Origin: Octopus sinensis
Taxonomy: Eukaryota
DNA: 64,000 bases
Direction: 5' to 3'
Assembly: GCF_006345805.1 (NCBI RefSeq)
Contig: NC_042998.1
Location: 108,438,001 to 108,502,000, forward strand
The notes beneath the pieces are model-generated. The model did no database searches. It was not told the DNA's origin and saw only the letters and a list, made by a program, of their open reading frames with translations. Of the stretch, positions 12,078 to 25,126 are shown one piece after another. The stretch's first letter is position 1. Each line of letters opens with the position of its first letter. Made by a program: the position numbers and the translations under genes.

Positions 12078-13540
12078 CTATGTTTGACTTTTGCTTTATA
12101 TTTGTACAAGTTGGCTCCAAGTCTCACCCAGAGACCCCAAGAGACAACAGGCTTGGAAGTTCATGTTGTTGTTATGCCTAGTGTGCCATATATTTGGGGG
12201 TGGGGGTGTTGTACTAATGAATGTCTAAAAAAAGTTTTTTTAATTTTTTTTTTTAAACCGAAAATTATGTTTGTTTTAAACCTTGAGATTACATAGAAAG
12301 TATTTTGCGTAGGATATGAGCAGTTCCCATGAGCACTATCTTTTGAATTTCTGCCATTTTGGGGTTTCCTGGTATCTGAGTTAGGTAGCTATCAGCCCCT
12401 TTTGCTATCATTCCCAGGGCACCTATGACAACAGGTATTGTTTTAGTCTTCAGGTTCCACATTTTGCTGATTTCTATTTCAAGATCTTTATATTTGCTCA
12501 GTTTTTGGTAGGTCTTGACAGATACGTTTATATCGATTGGGACAGTCATATCAATGAGGAGGCATATTCTTTGTTTGAAGTCTTTCAATATGATGTCTGG
12601 CCTATTTGCATCTATCTTTCTGTCAGTTTGAATGGTGAAGTTCCAGAGGAGTGAGATGTGGTCATTTTCAAGCACTGGGTGTGGTTTGTGTTCCCACCAG
12701 TTTTTTTCATGGGGCAAATCCAGGTTTTTACAGATTACCCAGTGAATATATTGTGCAGCTCTATCGTGCCTGTTGAGATACTCTGTAGGCGCTAGGAGAC
12801 TGCACTTGGAGACCACATGGTCAATGGTTTCATTTTGTTGCTTGCATACACGACACGTTGGACTACTTCTGATCTTTAATATGTTGGCCTGGTAGTTTCT
12901 TGTTGGTAGGCATTGATCTTGAGCTGCTATGATAAACCCCTCTGTTTCAGATTTTAAGCCAGAGGCCATTAGCCATTGATGGGTCAGGGCTTTGTCAACA
13001 TCTGCATTATTTGCTCTCTTTGGGTATTTGCCATAGAGAGGTTTTTCTTGCCATTTATCATTCAGAATATCTAAGGCCGCAGATTTAGCACGGGTTTTCA
13101 TGCGCTTAGCTTTTTCTGTGCCTGTTTCTTGTATTTCTATCACTAATTCCGAAATTTGTTGTATTCGGAATTCACTTAGATATTCCTTTGCCTGTTTTGT
13201 TACTGAGTATGATGCTTTCTTGTTTTCATGTTTTGAGACAAGTTTTAACATCCAATCCTCAGAGTTTTTCAGGTAGGTGTCTAGGCCAATTGTAGCAATC
13301 TTCATTGTTATTGCCAGTTGTAAAAGTCCACGGCCTCCCTCTTTTCTTGGCAGATAAAGTCGTTCTGTATCTGCCTTAGGGTGGTGCATTCTATGCATTG
13401 TCAACAGTTTTCGTATTTTTCTGTCAAGATTACATATTTCAGTAATTGACCAGTTAACGATATTGAAACTGTAAGTCACGACTTGTATGGCTAATGCATT
13501 GATCGCTTCGATCCTGTTTCTCGCATTCATCTCTGTCTTT
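12078..13540 (-). mobile_element. 5'-truncated R4/Dong-like LINE, subfamily beta, in (TAA)n
   Basis: Uninterrupted ORF 12289-13530 (413 aa) with CRVCKQQNETIDHVVSKC and NRPDIILKD...LIDMTVP...QKLSKYKDL. Its 3' UTR differs from alpha. (ATT)n on both sides. Confidence 0.9.
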
Positions 13541-13566
13541 ATTATTATTATTATTATTATTATTAT

Positions 13567-14122
13567 TGAGTGAGAGAGCAGTTCATGCCATCAAAGTGAC
13601 ACTGGGGTAAAATATACGAAGCCCAATATACCCATCATGACTACCCGTCTGATAAAGGTACACCAGGCACATGCATCACAACCATATGTGCGCGACATGG
13701 TGATCTCATATCAAGATAAACAGCACATGACCTTGCAGGTGGGGCCCAGTTAGATTTTTCTTCATTTTGAGTAGCCCATCCTGCTCAAACGGTCCCTGAA
13801 TAAGGGTTGTTTAAGAATGTTGAAAGAACCACCCATGTTTCCAGAGGTGAACTATTCAAACCCCAAAGAATCCCTCTCAACACATGGCTATGATGCTCCC
13901 CCACTACTTCTGCTCGTGATCAGAGATGCACATATCGTCAGCCACTAAGGGACATGCTCAACTGGTTAAGGTCAAACAACTGACAAGCAAATCTGTGGTA
14001 TTGAGCAGAATATTTGCTGTAGCCCATCTTTTATACCAAGACAAAACAATGTACGTGATAACACTTCCAATCAGTTAAGATCAGAAGCCATGAGAGCCAC
14101 TGCCTGGTACTGCATCAGGGCA
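13567..14122. mobile_element. 556-bp non-coding interspersed repeat embedded in (ATT)n, copy 1
   Basis: Colinear over its whole length with 24571-25128. Ends are TGAGTGAGAG...CATCAGGGCA. (ATT)n on both sides. No ORF. Confidence 0.75.
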
Positions 14123-14144
14123 TTTATTATTATTATTATTATTA

Positions 14145-14176
<32 letters not shown>

Positions 14177-14275
14177 ATTATTATTATTATTATTATTATT
14201 GTTGTTGTTGTTTGTTACTGTTGTTATTATTGCTGTTGCTGTTGTTGTTGTTATTATAATTATTATTATTATTTA
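14123..14275. repeat. (ATT)n/(GTT)n tract closing array 1
   Basis: Read directly. Confidence 0.9.
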
Positions 14276-14424
14276 AAGCCAAAAAGAAAATTCCACGATC
14301 AGGCTGAAACCTCGATCACGTGACCACAACAGTACCAACTATAAGCACGCATGCGCAGAAAATAGTGTGACAATAATAAATATATGTTATGGCGAAAGTG
14401 TGGATAACTTTTGCCTTTCCCTCG
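14276..14424 (-). mobile_element. Mariner 5' end (TIR plus 5' UTR), probably belonging to the fragment at 6590-6866
   Basis: Minus strand reads TA|CGAGGGAAAGGCAAAAGTTAT, a mariner-type terminus with TA at 14425-14426. It has the GCATGCGCA motif also found in the mariner 5' UTR near 32455. Confidence 0.55.
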
Positions 14425-16907
14425 TATATATAATGTTACTTTAAAGATGCTTAAAAATGTAAACATAATTATGTCTGATAACAAGTGTAAACCTGGCAAG
14501 CCGAATTTTGGTGGGACCTGATTTACTCCGATGTAAGGTGACTTTTGTTCATTAATAAATCCAAATAAAAGAAACCCGAGCGACAATATGCGTCTCAATT
14601 TCCTTGCAAATTTATATAAACTCTTTGGGTTTCTAAAGTCTTCTTTTCTTCTTGAGTCCATTGCTGATTGTAAGATTTGTTGTAATTGGAACCCGATGTT
14701 GGCATGCCTTTCCTGTTCCTAGTTACTCTCATTGGCTCTACTTATGACAGATAGACTTTGCTTGTAGATTTCGAAGGAAATTTACCATAATGATTTGGAA
14801 TGGGACAGCTGATTTCCATAGCTATGCTATTGTTTTCACTCGCAAATAAGTGTCAGTCCTGTTTTGTTTGCATTTATCAGAAGCGCTCACGAGACTGTTC
14901 CATTAATATTCTTCTTGGTGAAATGTATGAATATCCGCAAGTCAGATTTAGGCTTTATATTTAGCCCAGATTGGTCCTTTTATATGCATGAAATCGCGTG
15001 ATTTAGCAGCAAAATTATGTCACATAGAAAAATCTTAACTGGATGAAATATTTGGGCAACTACTATTTATGTGTGTAATAAATTCCTCAGATATATTATC
15101 GACATTTCAATCAGAACTTGGAAAATTAAAAACTTCTTTTCAATGACAATGGGCATTATACATGTTTGAAATCTGGTGAAATACTTTTGGCTAGTAATTT
15201 TTACTCACAGCCATTTATAAAATCTATTGTCATTTTATACCTTGACATTTATAATGTGCTTCGTTTGAAAACTTTGTTAAGTTCTGCTGTATCTTAACCG
15301 CATAAAAATCTATAGTGCAGATTTTAAGATTTTTCAAAAAATATCATACATTATAATTATGTTTCTTGTTGTTGAGAATCATAACACAAAGCCATTGGAA
15401 TTTTGTCAAAAAATACCAGTGAGATTGGTAGCAAAATGAACAGAAACTCAGACAGACTGTTTCCTTGGCATATTTTTATTTTATTATCAGAGAAATCACT
15501 GCGCTTTCTGTGAACAAGAGTGAACAAGGTTGATCATGTCTCCGTAAGGCTTTCAGTAGTAGTAACTATGGTAACATATACTGTTGTCAAATGTTGTGCT
15601 TTCAGCAGCCAGAACTAAAGAGTACACTCAAAAGTTGTTGTTTAATCTGATACCGTCTTAATTTTATAGCAGTTTGTTTTTGAATTCTGCCAGCGCAGCT
15701 CTATTAAGTTATTCGGTATATCATCGATTTCTTTCTACCACGTTAGTGTTTTCCTTTTGGCTACGATATGTCTTCTTGTTATGGCAAACCAACTTTATAT
15801 TTCAATGAAATATAAAGTATAGTGATTTTGTTTAAAACATCACAACACATAGAACTAATTCCCGTTTCTTATTTTGTGATGCATTTCTATTATGCAGCTT
15901 GTCTACAGCTTCAGATTGTATGGCGTTTATTTTACCACCGATGCATGTACAGTATCCTTTCTTGATTGTACATTATGCATTATGACGTGTTGTTGAAATA
16001 ACTAACAGATTCTGGTAACTGTCCTAAAAGTTTGGATTGCAGGAATGTTATAGTTCGGCTCACACTGGCTGATGCTGAAGCGTATAATTGTGAAAAGTAT
16101 CAAACTGAGTGAAAATATATTTATACGCCGAATACTTTTATTTCCACATGAACTGCAGTTATCTTCAACTAGTTGTCTCCGTGTCATGTTTGTTCAATAT
16201 ACATGCATACCTACATACCTACATGTATATATATATATATATATTGTCCAATAATCATTATCACATACTATCCTTTATCTCTACAGATATCATTAATAAC
16301 TTTTAAACATGAGAGTGTTTGTTTCCGCCCATTCTTTCAGTAAAATATCTGTTGTCAACAGGTACTTTCAAGAATATGGAAAATTTCTTTTCAACTATTG
16401 TTTTAAATTATTTTGAATAATGAGTTGGCGTTACTTACTGTGTCGTTTAGGAAACTTATTGTCGTGAGAAGTATTTTGTATAGTTCACCTACAGTAGTTT
16501 AAAGTTGATGAGTAAAATGTGTCATGTGAAGAAACATGTACTTATGGATCTAAACCATATAAAATCAGCATAAGTCATCAACATCGTCATCTTCATTTTG
16601 TGCGTCACAAGAATTGGCCATGACTACGATTTCACTTAGCTTGTAATACCTTCTCCAAAAGTCTCGGTTACTTTTTATCGCCTCCGCGAGACTCAGCATC
16701 CGAAGAAGGATATTGAAATGCCATTTATTCAGTGTATTTATATGACTACGCATCTATAATGAGTTGATGGTGCTGTTTATTTTGATGTATGCGTTTGGGT
16801 ATGTGTCTTTGTATGTATGTCTTTCTGTGTGTGTGTTGTGGCTGTGTGCCTGCGTTTGTGGGTGTTTGAATACGTAGGTATAACGTTTGTGTTTGCGTGT
16901 GTGTGGA

Positions 16908-16943
<36 letters not shown>

Positions 16944-17040
16944 TGTGTCCATGTCTTCATATACCAATAATTATTTATTAGCATTTCACGAAATTATAAG
17001 TGTTTGACATATGGTAAAATTATTTTATTATTATTATTAT

Positions 17041-17692
17041 TTGTTTTTTTTTCCTTCTTCAAATTTTCTTCCATTTCACGCCGAGTTTTTTCCGTACACC
17101 TTGAGCAGAGAAGTTCATTGTATGCATTCCCAGATTACATATGCAAATTCACAGGTAAAATATGTATGTAAAAAAAATTAATGAATAAATAAATTCATGA
17201 ATGGATGTTGTTTTCACAGCGATAATGCTCTTCTCAGTACATGAATCGTTCCAGTTAAGATGATTTTATGCACTTCCTGTTGGGATGGTAAGCCTGGTAT
17301 GATTTTCAAATAGGTTTCAGTACCTTTTTTTTATCATTCCTAAAGATCCTACAATCACTGGTACAGTAGTCGCCTTGAGATGCCACATTTTTTCAATTTC
17401 TATTAATAAGCCTTTATATTTACTGATCTTGTCAAATTCTTTCGCCGCTATATTGTGATCACAAGGAATTTATAGTTTTGTCAGTATGTACGGGGAAGTC
17501 CTAGAGAATCGACACATTTTCTCCCTCAGTCACAGCTTCATGATGGTATTTATACCATTTGCCAGCGGTTTTGATTTTATAATGCCGACAAATTGTCCAG
17601 TGTAAATACTGGCAGATTCTGCCATGTCTTGCTTTATATTCTACAGGTGGTAAGACTCTACACCCTACGATTAGGTGGTCTATAGTTTCAAT

Positions 17693-17696
<4 letters not shown>
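17041..17696 (-). mobile_element. 5'-truncated R4/Dong-like LINE (gamma-related, diverged) in (TAA)n
   Basis: Minus strand EIETIDHLIVGCRVLPPVEYKARH...ICQYLHW...RALSL-stop. 3' end TTCAAATTTTCTTCCATTTC is shared with gamma. (ATT)n at 17020-17040 and 17696-17742. Confidence 0.82.
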
Positions 17697-17742
<46 letters not shown>

Positions 17743-17743
<1 letters not shown>

Positions 17744-20700
17744 TTTTTTTTTTTCTTCTTTCAAATTTTCTTCCATTTCTTGCCGAGTGTCTTCCCGACT
17801 CCTACGGCAAAGAAACTCATAGTGTATATTGGTAGGCCATTAAACCAAACTCAGTAGTTCGTTAATTTTTTTTTTTTTTTTTTTTTAAGTTAAATTAAAA
17901 TGCATGAGCAGCAACAGTTCTCACATCGACAATGCTCTTCTCAATACGTGTGATGTACCAGTTAAGACAATCTTTTGCACTTCTTGCAGGGATGGTGAGC
18001 CAGGGATCATTCTCATATAATTTTCGGTTCCCTTCTTGATCATTCCTAGTGCTCCTACGATCACTGGTATTGTAACCGCCTTGAGATGCCACATTTTCTC
18101 AATTTCAATGAGTAGGTCTTTATATTTTCTGAGCTTGTCAAACTCTTTCGCTGAGATATTATGATCACAGGGGATGCTCATGTCGATCAATAAGCAAACT
18201 TTATTGTTTTGGTCTTTCACAACAATATCTGGTTTATTGGCCTTGATGGTTCGGTCTGTATGTACTGGAAAGTCCCACAGAATCGTTACATTTTCTCCTT
18301 CAGTTACAGCCTCAGGGTGGTGATTATACCACTTGTCGGCAGTTTTGATATTGTAATGCCGACTTATTAGCCAGTGGAGATATTGGCCAACTCTGTCATG
18401 TCTTAATTTATACTCCACTGGTGCTAAGACTTTACATCCAGAGATTAGGTGGTCCACTGTTTCAATCATGTCGTTGCAGAATCGGCATTTTGGGTCTGCT
18501 CCATTTTTCATCACATTGGCCTGGTAGTTCCGGGTTGATAGGCTTTGGTCTTGAGCAGCCAGGATGAAACCTTCGCTCTCTGCTTTTAGCCCTGAGCTCC
18601 GCAGCCACTGATGGGTTTGCTTCTGGTCAACATCAGCTTGTTTGCTGCGGGTCACATATTTGCCGTGCAGAGGTTTCTCCTCCCACCTATCAGCCAATTG
18701 CTCGTGCGCTTTTTTCATTGCCATCATTTTCACCTTCTTTGCAACAATAGTTGCCGTACTTCCCTCGGGTTGTTCAGTTTGGGTATCCTGCACGAGATCA
18801 ATAGCAAATTTTTTGCTTTCCTTGATGATAGAATGAAGCTTCTTTCGTCTCTCGTGATTTTCCACGAGCTTTAGCATCCAGTCATTCGATATTTCGAGAT
18901 ATTTGGCCAGTCCAATTGTGGTTGTTTTGTAAGCTAGTTCAAATTGGATCAGGCCTCGACCTCCTTGGGCTCTGGGAAGGTAAAGGCGATCTACGTCTGC
19001 CTTTGGGTGGTGCATCCTATTACAACTCAGCAGCTTGCGTATTTTTCTATCTATATTCTTTACTTCACTCATATTCCAGTTCAACACATTGTAGCTATAA
19101 GTAACAACTGGAACTGCTAGGGAATTTATAGCTAACACCTTGTTACGTGCATTTAGTTCAGATTTCAGGACTGCACGAACTCTCTATAACATTCCTTCCT
19201 GATCTTCTCTTTCATGCTTGCATGCTGAATACCAGAGCCTTCATTTATCCCTAAATATTTGTATGTTTGTTCTTGCTCAAGCTCTCTTATGACTGTGTCA
19301 ACATCTAACACGACTGAATTTGTGGTCTTCACTTTCCCTTTCTGGAAAGTGGCCTTGGCACACTTCTCAAGTCCAAACTCATCCCGATGTCATCGCTGAA
19401 TGATTTCACGGTGCGCAATAGGCCTTCAAGTTCATTATTGTCTTTACCATAAAGTTTTAAGTCATCCATATAAAATAGATGGCTTATTTTTTTATTGGCA
19501 ATTTTATACCCATACCCTGTTCTGTTAATTCACTTGTAAGGGGTATTAGGGCTATGCAGAATATTAAAGGTGAAAGTGAGTCACCTTGAAAAATTCCACA
19601 GTTGATGTTTATATTTTCTGAGGCAAGTACTCCATTAGAGTGGTATAATTGGAGATTCGTATTCCACAACGACATATTGTGCTTCAGGAAGTTTGAAATC
19701 ACAGGGGAAATTTTGAAGATGTCCAGCGATCTCAAGATCCATGGATGCGGTATACTGTCGAAGGCCTTTTTATAGTCAATCCCTGCGGTGCTGAGATTTC
19801 TGCGCTTGTTGTGACAGTTCTCAAGGATCATACGATTGATTAGCAGTTGATCTTTGCATCCGTAAGAGCCTCGGCGGCACCCTTTTTGTTCAGTGGGGAA
19901 AATATCGTTCTTCTCCATGAATGCATATGTTTTCTCCGCCAGGATAGATGTTAGGATTTTATACGTGGTGGATAGACAGGTTATAGGCCGATAGTTTTTT
20001 GGAAGGTTGGTTTCGTTATTCTTTGGGAGTAGGTAAGTAATGCCACTTGCTAACCATTCAGGTGTTTTCTTTGGGTCTCTCATAATTCCATTGAGCAGCT
20101 GAACTAGCTTACCGTGTGCGCACGGGAGCGATGCGAGCAAGAAATTCGGCACCCTATCTTTACCGGGGGATTTCCAATTATGGGCCTTCGTGAGTGCCTT
20201 TCTTAGGTCTGCTATTGTGATGTATTCCCATGCTTGTTGTAAATTTTGGTAGGATCATTCAGTTTGTATAATCCAGTCTGCATTTATGTTGTACGTCTTC
20301 TTGTCACTCCAAATCATTTTCCAAAAGTTTTGAACTTCTTCCATGGGAGGGGGGTCTTTAACGGTTACTTTCTCCTTCCCTATTTCTCTGTAGAATTTTT
20401 TGGCATTGGATGTGAACAGCTTATTTTGCTTGTAAAACTTGTTTCTCTTCAAAATCTTCGTATTCTTTGGGCTTTTGCTGGACTTTTTGTTTCAGCGTTT
20501 CTTTTATTGATATCAGTTCTTCTCTTGGTGAGGATCCAAATTTTCTCTTCATCTTTCTTCCTGTTCTGGATCTTACATCATTTCCACATATTAGTTAATT
20601 TAATATTGATATTTCCCCTCTCATAAATTCAATCTCTTTTTCAATTTTACTTCTCCAGGTTTGATTTCTTCCCAGGTTTTGTTTTCTTTGTTTTTTCGGG

Positions 20701-21115
20701 GGCATACAGCTGGTTTCAATTGCCCTAGCAGAAGCGTAAATAATTTCATTTAACTTAGTAAATCAGGTTTTAATTCTCGTATTATTTCATTTGTTACATA
20801 GTTGCCAATTTGGATTTGTTTTTTATTTTGGTCTGTATTTGAGAGTTTATGAAGCGGTTCTCTATCATTCATACTTGTATGTCTTACAACTTCAAGCGTA
20901 TTCAGGATTTTCTGCCTCATTTCTGCCATAGACTCTCTGTGTTCTTCAGCAAATGCGAGATCTTCAGTTACTGTTGTTTTTTCATTTTCCTGGCTATCTT
21001 TAACAGGTACAATAGAATTTCTTGTATCTTCAGGCCTTTGCGTACTTTGGTCAGATGGCAGTCTTTCAATTAAGCCTCGTGGCGGGCTATACTGTTCATC
21101 TGATTCTTCATTTCC

Positions 21116-21120
<5 letters not shown>
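17743..21120 (-). mobile_element. R4/Dong-like LINE, subfamily gamma, 3.4 kb, truncated within the N-terminal region, in (TAA)n
   Basis: ORF pieces 20255-20452, 19484-20152 (NYRPITCLSTTYK, IDYKKAFDSIPH, GIFQGDSLSPL), YMDDLK near 19470, and 17921-19138 (CRFCNDMIETVDHLISGC, NKPDIVVKD). (ATT)n on both sides. Confidence 0.9.
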
Positions 21121-21205
<85 letters not shown>

Positions 21206-21371
21206 TTTATTATATTATTATTCCTTCATAACACAGTGTAGGCAAAAATGCACCGGAGTCTTTAGTCATCTGTCAAGTTACAACAAGGACCTTAGACTCT
21301 TCTTCTTCTCTTCTTCTTCTTCTTCTTCTTCTTCTTCTTCTTCTTCTTCTTCTTCTTCTTCTTCTTCTTCT

Positions 21372-21400
<29 letters not shown>

Positions 21401-21402
<2 letters not shown>

Positions 21403-22079
21403 TTTTTTTCTTCTTCTTTCAAATTTTCTTCCATTTCTTGCCGAGTGTCTTCCCGACTCCTAGGGCAAAGAAACTCATAGTGTATATTGGTAGGCCATTA
21501 AACCAAACTCAGTAGTTCGTTCATTTTTTTTTTTTTTTTTTTTTTTTAAGTTAAATTAAAATGCATGAGCAGCAACAGTTCTCACATCGACAATGCTCTT
21601 CTCAATACGTGTGATGTACCAGTTAAGACAATCTTTTGCACTTCTTGTAGGGATGGTGAGCCAGGGATCATTCTCATATAATTTTCGGTTCCCTTCTTGA
21701 TCATTCCGAGTGCTCCTACGATCACTGGTATTGTAACCGCCTTGAGATGCCACATTTTCTCAATTTCAATGAGTAGGTCTTTATATTTTCTGAGCTTGTC
21801 AAACTCTTTCGCTGAGATATTATGATCACAGGGGATGCTCATTTCGATCAATAAGCAAACTTTATTGTTTTGGTCTTTCACAACAATATCTGGTTTATTG
21901 GCCTTGATGGTTCGGTCTGTATGTACTGGAAAGTCCCACAGAATGGTTACATTTTCTCCTTCAGTTACAGCCTCAGGGTGGTGATTATACCATTTGTCGG
22001 CAGTTTTGATATTGTAATGCCGACTTATTAGCCAGTGGAGATATTGGCCAACTCTGTCATGTCTTAATTTATACTCCAC

Positions 22080-22080
<1 letters not shown>
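21401..22080 (-). mobile_element. 5'-truncated gamma copy, nearly identical to 17743-18420
   Basis: ORF 21582-22079 matches the C-terminus of 17921-19138 except for isolated substitutions. (ATT)n on both sides. Confidence 0.9.
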
Positions 22081-22168
<88 letters not shown>

Positions 22169-22171
<3 letters not shown>

Positions 22172-24498
22172 TAGTCTTTTTTATCACGTGCTTTCACTGG
22201 ACTATCGAGCGCAGCTCTATGTGCCTTGGGTATGCGCTGTGGTTTGTTGTGGTGCTCTTATTTTCACTGTATTGAACGTGTTTCACGTAGGATTTGTGCG
22301 TTGCCAAGTAGTGCTATTTTCTGTATGTATATATACTTGTAAGTCCTGGTATTTTTGTTATGTATTTGTCAGAATGCTTTTTATTATACCTAATGCGCCT
22401 ACTGAAATAGGAATTGTTTCTGTTTTTAGATTCCATATTCGAGTTGTCTCTATTGCCAGGTCTTTGTATTTTGAACGTTTCCCCGTTTCTTTTGGAGGAA
22501 CTGTTGATATTGATACATCGATTAAAAATCATGTTTTTTTCATGGTGATCTCTGACATTTATATGCGGCCTATTAACCTTGATTTCTCTGTGTGTATTGG
22601 TATATCCCAGAGTATGGTTGCTTTCTCACTTTTTGTGATCTTTCTTGGTGTGTTCCTATACCATCTTTTTTACTGTTGTTATTTCATAATGTTGACATAG
22701 CTTCCAGAATATATCGATCCCAACTCTGTCGTGTTTGTGAATATATTCCTTTTTAGCCAAGACTGGGCTGCCAGAGAAATATCATTTATTGTTTCATCTC
22801 CATCACTACCTATTCTGCTGTTACTTGTATATCTTTTCATTATGTGCGTTTTCTGATTTCTGGTGGGAAAGCTTTGATCTTGTGCTGAAATTAAAAATCC
22901 TTCAGTCTCTGTTTCGAGTCCTGAGCTCCTCAGCCATTTCTGGGATTTTGCATTGTCTATTTCTTTTGTGTTTTGCTTAACCCAATATTTGCCATGTAGA
23001 GGCTTTTCTTGCCGTCATTTTATCATGATACGTTGCTTCTCCATTTTAGGTTGGATTTCAGTTGTTTTAACAGCGTTTGTTGTTTCTTCTTTTCCTTCAT
23101 AATTGTTAGGCACTATGACTTCTTTTTTTGTATTTGCCAGCTTGCTTTTTGTTTTGTTTTGTTCGTATTTTGTGGCTATTTGTATCAGTTTTCCTTGCTC
23201 TTGAAGTAGGTATTTCTGTAATCCTATGGTGGTTATTTTGTCATAGTTTTCTAGCTGTATAAGGTCTTTACCACCTTCTTATACGTTGCATATATAAGCT
23301 TTCTATGTCAGAGTTTGGGCGGTGCATCCTAAATCCTGTCGTTTTCTTGTTTTCCGGTCTATTTTGATTAGTTCATTTAGAGTCCACTTAAGAATATTCT
23401 AGCTGTAACTTATAACTAGGAGGGCTAGAGTATTGATACCTATTATCGGAGCATTGAGCTCTGTTTTCAGCTTTAATCTAACTCGTCTATAGTATCTTCT
23501 CTTCTATTTGTGTGTAATAAATCTAGTTCATTGATTCCTAAGTATGTATATGTCTGGCTTTAGTCTAATTCTCTTATTTTATATGCTTTATCTAGTGTGA
23601 TGTTGCTACTTTTAACTAGTTTTCCTCTTTTCAAGGTTGCTTTGGCACATTTTTCCAAGCCAAATTTCGTGTTTATTTCTTTGGTAAATCCGTGTACTGT
23701 CTGTAGTTATGTTTCCAGCTGTTTATCATTTGCAGCATACAATTTTATATCATCTATATACAAGTGATGGTTGATTGTTTTACCGTAACAGTTGTAACCA
23801 CAACCAGTTCTGTTTAGCATGTGAGATAAAGGTGTCAGTGCCAAGCAGAAAAGGAGTGGAGAGATGATGTCTTCCTGAAATATTCCTCTTCTAATGGGGA
23901 TAGCTTTAGTTTTTATGAGACCCTCTTTTGTCTGGAGCTGGAGCACTGTTTGCCACTTATTCATGGAATGCTTTATATATTTAATGATTATTGGTGCTAC
24001 CGTGTTCATGGCTAGTGCTTCTAGGATCTGTCTGTGGGGAATACTATCAAAAGTGTTTCGATAATCGATCCAAGCTATACTTAGGCTCTTCTTTTTCCTA
24101 TGGCTGTCATCAGTTATGGCTTTATTGATCAAAAGCAGATCCTTACATTCGTATGAGCCCTTACAGTATCCCTTCTCTTTTGGGGACAGGTTGTTTTCTT
24201 CTAGATGTTTGCCCATTCCCTGCAATATTATGGCAGTAAAGGCTTTGTAAATTGCAGGGAGACAAATTATTGGTCCGTAATTTTGTGGGTTTGCCGTTTC
24301 TGTGGATTTGGGAATTAGGATAGGTTTCCTTTCCGTGAGACATTCAGGCACATTGTCTCCGGCTGTGCTAGCATTTTATGTATTCCTGTTAGACAGATTT
24401 ACCAGAAGTTCGGGATCTTATCGTGCACGGGTGTCTTCGAGTTACTTAGTTTTTGCTGTGCATGGGCGACCTCATCAGTTTTTATAGGAGCCCAGTGT
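22169..24498 (-). mobile_element. Older, decayed alpha-subfamily Dong-like LINE in (TAA)n
   Basis: RT piece 23707-24351 (NYGPIICLPAIYK, AWIDYRNTFDSIPH, HHLYIDDIKLY). The 3' end resembles 7951-8050. Many frameshifts. (ATT)n on both sides. Confidence 0.87.
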
Positions 24499-24512
24499 TA
24501 TTGTTGTTGTTG

Positions 24513-24570
<58 letters not shown>

Positions 24571-24571
<1 letters not shown>

Positions 24572-25126
24572 GAGTGATTGAGCCGTGCATGCCATCAAAA
24601 TGACACTGGATTAAAATATATAAGAAGCCCAGTATAAGCATCTTGACTACCCGTTTGATAAAGGTACACCGGGTACATGCATCACAACCATATGTGCATG
24701 ACATGGTGTTTTCATATCAAGATTAACAGGACATGATCTTGCAGGTAGCGGCCCAGTTAGAATTTTCTCCAGGTCGATTAGCCGATCCCGCTCAAAAGGT
24801 CCCTGAATAAGGTTTGTTTAAGATTTATGAACGAAACACCCATGTTTCCAGAGATGAATTATTCAAACTCCAAAGAATTCCTCTCAACACATGGCTATGG
24901 TGCTCCTCCACTATTTCTGTTTGTGATCAGAGATGCACATATCTTCAGCCACCAAGAGACATGGTCAACTGGTTAAGGAAATCAAACAACTAGCAAGTAA
25001 ATCTGGTACTGAGCAGAATATTTACTGCAGCCCACCTGTTATACCTAGACAACGCAATGCACATGATAACACTTCCAATCAGTTAAGATCAGAAGCCATA
25101 AGAGCCATTGCCTGGTTGCATCAGGG

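Noticed and set aside
14040-14122. Hammerhead, HDV-like ribozyme or snRNA head at the end of the 556-bp repeat
   Set aside because: CTGATGC does not match the CUGANGA core and I could not build the HDV P1/P3 pairing by hand. I recognised no match to U1, U2, U4, U5, U6, 5S or 7SK. An Infernal scan is still warranted.
14299-15100. 120-aa minus ORF, and a faint KPKSDL...MEISCP RLE-like signal upstream
   Set aside because: The ORF runs into the mariner UTR and has an upstream stop with no good acceptor. The RLE-like motifs are too fragmentary to call.
16565-16753. Protein-like 62-aa minus ORF ending in an acidic tail
   Set aside because: Weak acceptor, no recognisable homology, and no phase link to the other candidate exons.
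17501-17776. ORF MEENLKEEKKK-polyN-EIETIDHL that looks like a fusion protein
   Set aside because: Chance read-through from the gamma-1 3' UTR across (AAT)n into the next truncated LINE. The similar ORF 25354-25821 starts in flanking DNA.
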